From a bacterium (GTDB lineage Bacteria > Hydrothermota > Tepidihabitantia > SM23-42 > JAOAFX01): 64,000 nt of DNA. The notes under the pieces are model-generated. The model did no database searches. It was not told where the DNA came from and saw only the letters and a program-made list of their open reading frames with translations. The translations under genes were made by a program, and so were the position numbers. Positions 19,507 to 28,484 of this stretch are shown one piece after another. Numbering within the stretch: the first letter of the stretch is position 1; the number at the start of each line of letters is the position of its first letter. Location of the stretch: positions 16,539 through 80,538 of the forward strand of contig DAIRCK010000001.1 of the NCBI GenBank assembly GCA_036796695.1. The letters are read 5' to 3'.

Positions 19507-20866
19507 AATCCTCCACCTCCGTAATGATGGAACCTGGTGCAAGGTTTGTAAATCTTGTGAATTCTTTTTGAAAACCAAGTTCAATCCTTCCTGTAGGACC
19601 ATTCCTCTGTTTTGCTACATCTATCTCTGCCTTACCTTTGGCTTCAGGGTCATCAGGGTTATAAAACTCATGGCGATAAATAAATATCACCACATCCGCA
19701 TCCTGTTCAAGCGCACCACTCTCCCGTAAATCCGCAAGCCTTGGTCTATGGTCTCCGACCCTGTGTTCAGGCATCCTTGAAAGCTGGGATACAACGACGA
19801 CAGGCACATCCAGTTCTTTCGCCAATCCCTTTAATGACCGCGAAATATCCGAGATCTCCTGCTGGCGCGAAACCGCCTGTTTTAAACCAGGGGTGCCAGC
19901 AATCATCTGCAAATAATCAATAATAATAAGTTGAATATTGTAATCAACTTTCAATCTTCTTGCTTTTGTCTTTAATTCAAGCATTGTCAGAGATGCACTG
20001 TCGTCTATGAATATGGGTGCACGGTCTAAATTTCCGGCTGCAGTAGCAAGATTTACCCAATCCTGGTCAGTTAGGATATTACGGCGCAGATTCCTTAAAT
20101 TCACGCCAGCTTCACTGCATAACATCCTCTGCGTCAGACTTTCTGCAGACATTTCAAGAGAAAAAATTGCTATGGGCACATTATTTTTAATTGCAGCAAA
20201 AGCAGCGATATTTAGTGCAAATGCGGTCTTTCCCATACTCGGTCTTCCTGCGATGATAATAAAATCACCCTTTTGAAAACCTGAAGTCAATTCATCCAGT
20301 GCAAAAAATCCTGTTTCCACACCTGTGACCAATCTTGCCCCGCGCATCTTCTCAGCTGTCTCAAGTATGTTTGTAACAAAAACCTTTATCGGCATAGGGT
20401 CTTTGCGCAATCCCCTTTCTTTTATCTGGAAAATGAGATTCTGGGCAATATCAACCATTTCCGCGGCACTCTGTGCATCCTCAAATGCATTTTTTAAAAT
20501 ATCCATAGAAGATTTTATCAGTGTCCTTTTTATTGCCTTATCCAGAACAACGCGTGCATGGTGTTCTACATTGGCAGTAGTAATAACACCGGCAACTATA
20601 TTTGAAAGATAGTCTGCACCTCCTATCTCCTCAAGCATCTTATTTTTTCTCAACCAGTCGGTAACGGTAACGAGATCAGGCGTCGTATTATGATTATACA
20701 GATCAACAATCGCACGAAAAATTTTCTGATTTGCAGGTGAATAAAAATGTTCCTCTTTCAAGATCTCAAGTGTCTTAACAACTGCTGATTCATCAAGGAG
20801 TGCTGAACCGAGAACTGATTCTTCGGCTTCAAGAGAATGTGGTGGGACCCTTTTATCTTCAAGCAT
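19493..20866 (-). CDS. dnaB: Replicative DNA helicase
   Basis: PPHSLEAE, GRPSMGKT, DLRESGALEQDAD, KQRNGPTG; no intein. Confidence 0.97.
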   Translation of the reverse strand: MLEDKRVPPHSLEAEESVLGSALLDESAVVKTLEILKEEHFYSPANQKIFRAIVDLYNHNTTPDLVTVTDWLRKNKMLEEIGGADYLSNIVAGVITTANVEHHARVVLDKAIKRTLIKSSMDILKNAFEDAQSAAEMVDIAQNLIFQIKERGLRKDPMPIKVFVTNILETAEKMRGARLVTGVETGFFALDELTSGFQKGDFIIIAGRPSMGKTAFALNIAAFAAIKNNVPIAIFSLEMSAESLTQRMLCSEAGVNLRNLRRNILTDQDWVNLATAAGNLDRAPIFIDDSASLTMLELKTKARRLKVDYNIQLIIIDYLQMIAGTPGLKQAVSRQQEISDISRSLKGLAKELDVPVVVVSQLSRMPEHRVGDHRPRLADLRESGALEQDADVVIFIYRHEFYNPDDPEAKGKAEIDVAKQRNGPTGRIELGFQKEFTRFTNLAPGSIITEVEDFEPF

Positions 20867-20869
20867 TTT

Positions 20870-22021
20870 CTATTCTTTCACAATCAAATCAAAGATTTGA
20901 TTTGCAAGTTCCCATTTACTCATTCTTCCCGGTTCTAAAATTTCCCCATTCTTTTTTAATATGGTCACCGAAGTAGTCTCTTTTCCAATAACCGATACTG
21001 GATTTGAGATAATATAATCAAGGTCTTTTTCTTTTAATTTTTTTTGAGCCCTTTTTAGGTCATCCTTATCCTCTACAGAAAATCCAATAAATATTTTATC
21101 CTTTTTGTAATTTTTTATTGACTTCAAAATATCTATATTCTTTTTTAAAACCAGTCTAAGGGAGTTAGAATGAATTTTCGTATTCCTCAATTCTAAGGGC
21201 TTATAATCTCCGACCGCAGCACTCATTATCAAAATATCTGCCCATTCAATATGTTTTTTTAGTGTATTTAACATTTCATAAGAAGTCCTTACCCTGATTA
21301 TCTCTGGTTCATCAGGAACCATAACACTAGCCTGTCCCATAATCAGCCGGACATCGCAATCCCTGCACTTTGCAGCTTCATACAATTCCAGTGCCATAAT
21401 ACCTGAAGAACGATTTGTAACAACCCGGACTGAATCAATATCCTCCTCGGTCCTTCCACCGGTTATGAGAATCTTTTTGCCTTCAAGTGTTCGGTAATTA
21501 TTTACACAAACAAGTATCTTATTATATATCCTATCCACCCTTGGAAATCTACCTTTACCAATCTTGCCTGAAGCGAGTGGTCCTGAATCAGGCTCAAGTA
21601 TATAATAACCATTATTTTTCAGTTTTTTTAAATTATCCTGGACAATCCTATTATTCCACATACCTGAATCCATTGCCGGAACAAAAAGAATAGGTTTCTG
21701 AAAAGAAATTATCGTTGTGGAAAGGAGATCATCACCAATTCCATTTGCTGTCTTACCAATTATATTTGCAGTCGCAGGCGCAACAACCAGAATATCAGCC
21801 CAATCATTAAGCGAAATGTGTTTTATCCCTTTTGTCAGGACAAATTGGTCAATGTAGACCTCATTATCAGAAAGTGTCTGGCAGGAAATAGGGGTTACAA
21901 ACTCAAGTGCAGATTTTGTAAGAACCACCTTTACTTCATTCCCTTTGCGTTTCAAAAGTCTGATAAGTTCTAATGCCTTATATCCGGCAATAGAACCGGT
22001 TATTCCTATGACGACCTTCAC
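20870..22021 (-). CDS. coaBC: Phosphopantothenoylcysteine decarboxylase / ligase
   Basis: GITGSIAGYKA, PATANIIGK, PAMDSGMW, NRSSG, AAVGDY. Confidence 0.95.
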   Translation of the reverse strand: MKVVIGITGSIAGYKALELIRLLKRKGNEVKVVLTKSALEFVTPISCQTLSDNEVYIDQFVLTKGIKHISLNDWADILVVAPATANIIGKTANGIGDDLLSTTIISFQKPILFVPAMDSGMWNNRIVQDNLKKLKNNGYYILEPDSGPLASGKIGKGRFPRVDRIYNKILVCVNNYRTLEGKKILITGGRTEEDIDSVRVVTNRSSGIMALELYEAAKCRDCDVRLIMGQASVMVPDEPEIIRVRTSYEMLNTLKKHIEWADILIMSAAVGDYKPLELRNTKIHSNSLRLVLKKNIDILKSIKNYKKDKIFIGFSVEDKDDLKRAQKKLKEKDLDYIISNPVSVIGKETTSVTILKKNGEILEPGRMSKWELANQIFDLIVKE

Positions 22022-22203
22022 TCTTTATATTTTATAACACCTGCAGAACACTTAATTAATGCTTCCCTTATCGGATTTACTCTCTTATCTATCAAACCCT
22101 GCAACTGCTCATCCTTTACCTTCCGGGCATAAAGTGCAGCAATATTTATTGCCCTGTATTTGTTCTTATAATGTTCCCAGAACTTCTCAATAGAAAATAT
22201 CAT
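22018..22203 (-). CDS. rpoZ: RNA polymerase omega subunit
   Basis: NKYRAINIAALYARKV motif; conserved position upstream of coaBC. Confidence 0.75.
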   Translation of the reverse strand: MIFSIEKFWEHYKNKYRAINIAALYARKVKDEQLQGLIDKRVNPIREALIKCSAGVIKYKE

Positions 22204-22277
22204 AAACCTCCTTTTCTTCTCAGTTACCCATTTTCAAAAAAATTATCCAAACAAAAGCAGTGATAACTTAATATTAT

Positions 22278-22305
22278 ATTATATTGAAATAAACAACAAT
22301 GTCAA
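22278..22305 (-). promoter_or_regulatory. sigma70-like promoter TTGACA-N16-TATAAT heading the rpoZ-coaBC-dnaB-mla-radA operon
   Basis: Perfect hexamers. Confidence 0.75.
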
Positions 22306-22318
22306 GATTTACAATGTT

Positions 22319-22828
22319 TTAATATTCTATTCCCTTTCTTGCCTTTACACCTTTCAGGAAATAATGTTTTATCTCTATAATTTCACTTATCAGGTCAGCA
22401 TATCCCTGAAATTCTTCAGGCATATATCTACCAGTTATAATTATCTCCATTTTCTTTGGAATTTTCTTTAGCAGTTCAACAACTTCTTTAACAGGAATCA
22501 ATCCATAATCAACTGCCACATTCAATTCATCTAATATCACGATATCATATTTTTTGCCCTTTATTATTTCTCTTGCCCTTTCAAACCCCTTTTTTGCAAG
22601 TTCAATATCTATCTTTGCTGGATGGTCTTTGTCAACAAAATCAGGTCTGCCGTATTGTTCAATCTTGAAATTTTTCAATAATTTGACCGCATTCAGTTCT
22701 CCATAATTAATCTTGCCCTTCATAAATTGAATCATTATTACCTTTTTTCCATGCCCGACCGCCCTCAATCCAAGTCCCAATGCTGCGGTCGTCTTCCCTT
22801 TTCCATTACCTGTATAAATTTGAATCAT
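22319..22828 (-). CDS. cobO: Cob(I)yrinic acid a,c-diamide adenosyltransferase (CobO/BtuR)
   Basis: YTGNGKGKTTAALG, ILDELN, TGR, GIEY. Confidence 0.92.
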   Translation of the reverse strand: MIQIYTGNGKGKTTAALGLGLRAVGHGKKVIMIQFMKGKINYGELNAVKLLKNFKIEQYGRPDFVDKDHPAKIDIELAKKGFERAREIIKGKKYDIVILDELNVAVDYGLIPVKEVVELLKKIPKKMEIIITGRYMPEEFQGYADLISEIIEIKHYFLKGVKARKGIEY

Positions 22829-22926
22829 ATCACTCCTTTAATCACTCTCTAATTCCACCCCTTTAAAAGAGTCTGATATTTAAAAAAACTAACCTGCCAC
22901 AAATTGTCTATGAAGTTTTAAATCTT

Positions 22927-23352
22927 CTATATCGCGAGCAGGTTAAGCCCGGTTACAATATCTTTCTTCCTTTCTAATGCCCTTCCCAGAGGAAAAACTA
23001 TAATCTCCAGGGTTGCAGGGACATAGCCTGAGAATAGATGTCCACCATATGCATTGAATTTCTTATCGGTAATGGTCACATGGATATGTATAACTGGTTC
23101 TTTTCCAAAATAAGAAATATTGCCGAGGAAACTTGTGAATTCGTATTCACCTTTGAATTGCTTTTTTATATAAGACTTTTTATGCGCATCAAAATAACCA
23201 AGTGTAAGGTTCTCGCCCACACCCAAGCCATAAACAAAAGCTCCTTTGAGTTTAATCTTTTTAACAAAATCTGTCAGGCTTTGTATAATTTCTTCACCTT
23301 TTTTAAGTCTCAAAATGTAATAGTTATTAAATTTCTTTGAATACATAATCAT
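22927..23352 (-). CDS. PPC/DUF296 domain protein
   Basis: LRLKKGEE, HIHVTI, GGHL. Confidence 0.85.
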   Translation of the reverse strand: MIMYSKKFNNYYILRLKKGEEIIQSLTDFVKKIKLKGAFVYGLGVGENLTLGYFDAHKKSYIKKQFKGEYEFTSFLGNISYFGKEPVIHIHVTITDKKFNAYGGHLFSGYVPATLEIIVFPLGRALERKKDIVTGLNLLAI

Positions 23353-23402
23353 CTCCTTTTTTGCAGACTAATAATCTGCATTTAAAAATTTATTTCGGTT
23401 CT

Positions 23403-24170
23403 TCAGGGAATCTCTGCCTTACACTCCTTTATTATTATACACTCACCTGCGAGAACCCTTTCAATCTTTCCATCTGGAAGCATAATGACCAGTGCACCAT
23501 TCCCTGCTATATCAATTACCCTGCCAATAACAACTTTTTCAGGTGTCTCAATCTTCACGGTCTTACCAAACATAATCGTATAATTTCTCCACTTTTGAAG
23601 AATCTCGCTTACTTTACTATCTTTTAACATCTGATAGTTATCGTCAATCTCCCGGCACAGGTCATTATAAACCATCATCTTATCTAATCTCTTTTTTGTT
23701 TCAATAAAGATTGAACTTGCAGTTTCTTTTAATTCCTCAGGAAATTCTGTTATATTCAAATTTATCCCGATTCCCACTATGACTGCAGTGTCAAAGGCTT
23801 CAACAAGAACACCACCAACCTTTTTTTCATTCAAAAGGATATCATTGGGCCATTTTATACCAGGAATAATATCATAATTATTATGAAATGTCTCACAGAT
23901 TGCTACACCCGCAAGGATAGGAATTAAGAGGGGCTTATCAGTAAACAATATTACGGAAAGATATATTCCACCATCTGGTGAATACCAAGTTCGGTCAAGC
24001 CTTCCTTTACCCGCAGTCTGAATGTCTGCAAGGACAACCGTGCCTTCGGTTGCCTTATCCAGAATTCTTTTTGCATGTTCATTGGTAGAATCAACCTCAT
24101 CAAGGTAGTAAAGTTTTGAACCAATTATCATCGGGTTAAATGGTATCTGGTTAAATAGAAAATCAAACAA
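23403..24170 (-). CDS. birA: Biotin--protein ligase (no HTH)
   Basis: VDSTN, QTAGKGR, KWPND, KVGGVL. Confidence 0.92.
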   Translation of the reverse strand: MFDFLFNQIPFNPMIIGSKLYYLDEVDSTNEHAKRILDKATEGTVVLADIQTAGKGRLDRTWYSPDGGIYLSVILFTDKPLLIPILAGVAICETFHNNYDIIPGIKWPNDILLNEKKVGGVLVEAFDTAVIVGIGINLNITEFPEELKETASSIFIETKKRLDKMMVYNDLCREIDDNYQMLKDSKVSEILQKWRNYTIMFGKTVKIETPEKVVIGRVIDIAGNGALVIMLPDGKIERVLAGECIIIKECKAEIP

Positions 24171-24176
24171 TCAGTC

Positions 24177-25424
24177 TCAATCCGGTTTCTTGAATATCAT
24201 CGTAACCACGGTCTTGTCATTCCCACCCATACTTGAAATCATTCCAAAGGGCTTTTTCGAGTCAATCTTTACCTGACAATCACCAGCCTTATTGAGCAAT
24301 TGATGGACCACATCGACTGCCTGCCTGACACCTGTAGCACCGGTTGGATGACCATAACCAATAAGACCACCAGTTGTATTCGTTGGGATAATACCGCTAT
24401 TTTTTGTCTTACCCTCTTTCACAAAATCTGCACCTTCACCATAATTTGCAAACCCTGCTGCTTCTATCGCCATTATACCGGCAATCGTAAAGCAATCATG
24501 AACCTCAAGAACACTCAAATCATTTGGTTTGATGCCTGCCCGCTCATATGACCTCTTTGCCGCAATCTCACAGGTCGTTAGTTTTGTCAAATCAGGAGGT
24601 GGTGTTGTAATATTATCCTGAACCTGGGCAAAGGCAACAATTTCAATTGCATCTTTTTTGTCCACACTGATTTTCTTTAAACCTTCTTCTGAAGCAAAGA
24701 TCAGGGCACTTGCCCCATCCGAAACCTTTGAGCAGTCATAGACATTTAAAAATTCGCAGAATGTCTTTGGGTCGGGTTTTGTCATCCCTGTGTTAAACAG
24801 ATCAGGATTAGTATTATGATACTCCTGAGCCTTGGGATTTTTTCTTGCATTCTCTATAGCATTCACATACCACTGTGCCATTGCTTCCCTGGTCTTCTGT
24901 TCGCCAAATTTTTTCATATATGCACCAGCACGTTCAGAAAATTTATCAGGGAAGAAATATGCATGGCCATTTTTTCTTTCACCTGAATACCAGCCTGCAG
25001 CAGCAAGATAGTCTGCACCATATAGTGCCTTGACTGTATTTTGAATCTCAACACCAATACACAAAACAACATCTGCAAGGTCAGAAAGGATATTCTTTAC
25101 TGAAGTAACCAATGCCAGCCCACCTGAATCACAGGCACCTTCTACATGGATACAGGGCTTGTACTGAAATGTTGAATGAACATAGGGGAAGAATCCACCG
25201 AGATTTCCCTGCCTGCAGAATCTATCCGCAACAAAATTACCAATCACACCTTCATCAATATTTTCTGGATTTTTTATCTGTTCAATTGCACCAAGCCCTG
25301 CCTCTTTAATATAGTGTTCAATACCAGGTCTTGGCTTTTTAGGATGGAATTCTTTCCTTCCTGTGCCTAAGGCAATTGTATTATAACCAGCACAGGCATA
25401 GATTTTTTTCCTTAAAAAAGGCAT
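24177..25424 (-). CDS. Thiolase, SCP2-type
   Basis: EGACDSGG, EVHDCF, GHPTGATG. Confidence 0.85.
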   Translation of the reverse strand: MPFLRKKIYACAGYNTIALGTGRKEFHPKKPRPGIEHYIKEAGLGAIEQIKNPENIDEGVIGNFVADRFCRQGNLGGFFPYVHSTFQYKPCIHVEGACDSGGLALVTSVKNILSDLADVVLCIGVEIQNTVKALYGADYLAAAGWYSGERKNGHAYFFPDKFSERAGAYMKKFGEQKTREAMAQWYVNAIENARKNPKAQEYHNTNPDLFNTGMTKPDPKTFCEFLNVYDCSKVSDGASALIFASEEGLKKISVDKKDAIEIVAFAQVQDNITTPPPDLTKLTTCEIAAKRSYERAGIKPNDLSVLEVHDCFTIAGIMAIEAAGFANYGEGADFVKEGKTKNSGIIPTNTTGGLIGYGHPTGATGVRQAVDVVHQLLNKAGDCQVKIDSKKPFGMISSMGGNDKTVVTMIFKKPD

Positions 25425-25444
25425 AATCACTCCTTTCAGTCAAA

Positions 25445-25600
25445 ATGCAGTAATCGCAGTATCATCCGCCACAATGCTTGACGGATTTGCAGTATCGTCC
25501 CTTCGGGACTTGCAGTATCACCTTCGGCTTGCATTGACAATTTATGCGAACGGAGTGATAATGCGAGTGCAACGATACTGCGAGTGAAGCGATCCTGCAT
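25445..25600. repeat. Multi-branched palindromic element (nested GCAGTATC/GATACTGC arms with side hairpins)
   Basis: Terminal ATGCAG..CTGCAT; three GCAGTATC; right arms GATAATGC/GATACTGC/GATCCTGC; perfect hairpin GTCCC-TTC-GGGAC. Confidence 0.7.
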
Positions 25601-25603
25601 CTC

Positions 25604-26935
25604 TTATATGTAATCATTTATTGGTCCATATAACCAGTAAAATCCATTGGTCAAGACCGCATTAACATCTTCATTTGAATTTGCGACATTCTGTTTCACA
25701 AGATTTTCTGCAATCTCTTTTGTTCTCTTTAGATATTTAAGACCGAGTTCAGCACCAAATGTATTCATATTTTTAAGCATAGAAAAATGCTTTTTTAACT
25801 TCTCCTCTTTATTCTTATCACCGAGCAATGCCTTCCAGGGTGCAAACCCTTCGGGCAGGGGTCCAAGTTGTTTATCAAGTTTCTTTTTCCAGTCATCAGT
25901 AATGATAAAATATTCTCCCTTTTTTAGGTCATAGATCCCAACCGGACGATTTTTATCATATTTTAAGAATCCATCCTTCTGTGAACCATCAGGATATTGA
26001 CCACCCTTTATTCCATTCTTCATCATTTTGTCAATCAACTTGTGCTTCAAAGTATCATCACCAAGATGGGTTCTCATAACTCTAAGTATGCACTGGAATA
26101 CATCAATTCCTACATAATCAATCAACTGGAATATCCCCATAGGTCTCAAAAGAAAATCCTGGCTCACACGATTTATTATATAAATTGCACCGGTTAACTT
26201 ATACTTCCCTTTCAATTGTAAAACTTCATCAAGGGCAAATAGACCATCGCGCATAAAATGTCCATTGCCGATAAATCCAGAGATGTCATTTGCAGGAACG
26301 AGTTTCTTACGAAGACGTTTACCAAGTTCACTGGCAATATCCTTTAATTCGTTCCTGGTTTGCTTTGAACATATCACTTCCACGAGTTTCTGGACGACTG
26401 GTGGATTATAAAAATGATAACCAATCAATCTTCCATCAAGTCCTGACTTTTCATCAATATAGCCAATCGGAATACTTGATGTGTTGGTAAGGAAGAATGT
26501 TTCTTTTGAAACCAGTTTTTTCAATGATTTATAAGTTTTTATCTTTATTTTTTCATCTTCAATAATTGCCTCAAATATCAAATGGCTATTTTTTGCCAGT
26601 GTTAGGTCTGTACTAAAATTTAAAAGTTTCATACCGTCGTTCACATAGGCATCAACAATTTCTGCATTTTCAACAAGGTCAGCACGGTCTTTATATCTAT
26701 CCCTGAGTGAAACAATCGTTTTTTCTGCAGTTCTTAAGAATTGTGATTTTAAATAATCGCGGAGTCCATCAAGCCCTTTTTCACTCATATCTATAAGATT
26801 TAGTCGATATATCCGCTCAGGATTTTCGAATTTCAATCTTAACATCTCCTGGGCAATCAATGCTGCAATTCCACTGCCCATCTTCCCTGCAGCACCGATT
26901 ACTGAGACGTTCTCAAGCCTATCATCAAGATTCAT
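25604..26935 (-). CDS. 3-hydroxyacyl-CoA dehydrogenase family protein
   Basis: GAAGKMGSG, EAIIED, TNTSSIP, HFYNPP, GFIGNG. Confidence 0.88.
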   Translation of the reverse strand: MNLDDRLENVSVIGAAGKMGSGIAALIAQEMLRLKFENPERIYRLNLIDMSEKGLDGLRDYLKSQFLRTAEKTIVSLRDRYKDRADLVENAEIVDAYVNDGMKLLNFSTDLTLAKNSHLIFEAIIEDEKIKIKTYKSLKKLVSKETFFLTNTSSIPIGYIDEKSGLDGRLIGYHFYNPPVVQKLVEVICSKQTRNELKDIASELGKRLRKKLVPANDISGFIGNGHFMRDGLFALDEVLQLKGKYKLTGAIYIINRVSQDFLLRPMGIFQLIDYVGIDVFQCILRVMRTHLGDDTLKHKLIDKMMKNGIKGGQYPDGSQKDGFLKYDKNRPVGIYDLKKGEYFIITDDWKKKLDKQLGPLPEGFAPWKALLGDKNKEEKLKKHFSMLKNMNTFGAELGLKYLKRTKEIAENLVKQNVANSNEDVNAVLTNGFYWLYGPINDYI

Positions 26936-26987
26936 TAAATCCTCCCTTCAATAAAATTATCCATTTAATAATTAAATAATCCCATCT

Positions 26988-27015
26988 ATTCTAATAAAAA
27001 TCTTCTAAAAGTCAA
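26988..27015 (-). promoter_or_regulatory. sigma70-like promoter TTGACT-N16-TAGAAT
   Basis: Motif read directly. Confidence 0.65.
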
Positions 27016-27075
27016 CAGGAAGAAATTGTTCCTCTTGGCGGACCTAATCACAAATCCCAAACTACCATCTTTACA

Positions 27076-27093
27076 CGGGACTAAAGTCCCTAC
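27076..27093 (-). repeat. GTAG-type REP-like palindrome GTAGGGACTTTAGTCCCG
   Basis: GTAG followed by a GGGACT/AGTCCC hairpin, same architecture as the copies at 37503 and 38799. Confidence 0.5.
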
Positions 27094-27176
27094 TCCAAAG
27101 GGATATTGATAATTATTAGGCATAAATACTGGTTTGGTAATCGGGCATAGTTTATGTCCAGAAAAAAAATTTTAAA

Positions 27177-28484
27177 TTAAGGTGGATAACCTACTTTTTC
27201 AAGAAAATTGTCACGATAAGAAAGATTGGGAACGAAATAGAAAAACATAGTATTGTAAAACCCAAGCTGTGGTGCAACCATCATCAAACGTCGTAAAATT
27301 GCATCCCAGGAATAGAAACTATCCCTTAGTAATTCAAGCCAGTTATACAATTCATTCTGGGTGATTCCATCAAACCTTACCACAGGCATCCATCTATCAT
27401 ATAAAGAGAGGTCTTTGTTTATCCGTTTATTTTTTTCCAATTTTTTATATGTCTCAGTAAAAGGTAATGGTGTGCAGACTGCAATTTCTACAAAATCAAG
27501 TTTGATATTTAACAAAAATTTCAAAAAATCTCTAAAAAATTTGGCATTTTCACCTTCAAAACCAAGCATTATCTTAGCACCTGCAGTCATTCTACTTCCG
27601 TGGACCATATTCACTTCGTATTCCTTTTGTTTAAAAAAATCTTTTCTATAAATATCTCTTGGCAGGTTGGTACCGAGCCAATCTTCTTTTAAATATATAA
27701 TACGCACACCATGTTCTTTTAAATAATTCATAAGTCTGGGATGTTTAAAGACCGAACCTTTTGTCTGAAATATCCACATTTTCTTTAAACGCCAGCATTT
27801 GCCAAGAATTTCACAGGCATAGTCAAGATTGTGTAAAAAATCATCGTCCATTATATATATCATTTTTCGTTGTAATTTTGATACCTCCAAGTAAACTTCC
27901 TGGGGATCCCAGAATTGCTCCTTTTTATAGATGATATTCTCGTAGCAATAATCTTTAAACTCAGGGTTACAAAAACATCCATAAGATGTCCTCAATTGAG
28001 AAATTATCGGTGTCAATCCGTATTTTTTTTCAAATTCACGATATGTCTTAAAACTTATCTTTGCCTCTCCTGCTTCATATACATCTGCGATTTCACCATT
28101 TTCATAGTCATTCAGTATCATTTTCCAGACTGCAGTAATATCACCCCTCACAATCACATCAAAATGTTTTTTCGCATCACTCAAAAATAATGATGGATAG
28201 ACACCATAGGCAATCGTTTTAGTCCCTTTCTCACGCCACTGTTGAGATAGAGTTTGTGTATAATAAGCAAGAGCAAGAGGAACTGGAAAAACAATCAAAT
28301 CCGGTGTAATTTCGGGTTTTTCTTCGGTCCGTTCATCAAAATAATAAAAATCATAATTTCTTGATAGGTATGCAAGTCGCATTGCATCATAGTTCGGTCT
28401 TCTAAAGAATGCACTTCCCTTTATTGCTATGAGTGGTTCAAATCTCTTCGCTGATGAAACAGGATAATAGAATAGAATCTTCAT
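27177..28484 (-). CDS. B12-binding/radical SAM-like protein with non-canonical Cys motif
   Basis: Layout DVIVRGD..RTSYGC..MDDDFL..IMLGFEGE..TPLPFTETY; Cys motif is CxCx7C. Confidence 0.7.
   Translation of the reverse strand: MKILFYYPVSSAKRFEPLIAIKGSAFFRRPNYDAMRLAYLSRNYDFYYFDERTEEKPEITPDLIVFPVPLALAYYTQTLSQQWREKGTKTIAYGVYPSLFLSDAKKHFDVIVRGDITAVWKMILNDYENGEIADVYEAGEAKISFKTYREFEKKYGLTPIISQLRTSYGCFCNPEFKDYCYENIIYKKEQFWDPQEVYLEVSKLQRKMIYIMDDDFLHNLDYACEILGKCWRLKKMWIFQTKGSVFKHPRLMNYLKEHGVRIIYLKEDWLGTNLPRDIYRKDFFKQKEYEVNMVHGSRMTAGAKIMLGFEGENAKFFRDFLKFLLNIKLDFVEIAVCTPLPFTETYKKLEKNKRINKDLSLYDRWMPVVRFDGITQNELYNWLELLRDSFYSWDAILRRLMMVAPQLGFYNTMFFYFVPNLSYRDNFLEKVGYPP

Noticed and set aside
16020-20866. Inteins in DnaB or RadA
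   Set aside because: Lengths (457 and 442 aa) and motifs are continuous.
25535-25563. Antisense promoter TTGACA-N17-GATAAT within the cruciform element
   Set aside because: It does not fit the 16-nt pattern, has a poor -10, and has no gene on that strand.
25445-25600. CRISPR array
   Set aside because: Repeats are only 8-9 nt, occur in both orientations and have irregular short spacers; no cas genes.
27036-27110. tRNA-like 3' end GGTCCGCCA on the minus strand
   Set aside because: No T-loop (TTCRA) or cloverleaf can be built.
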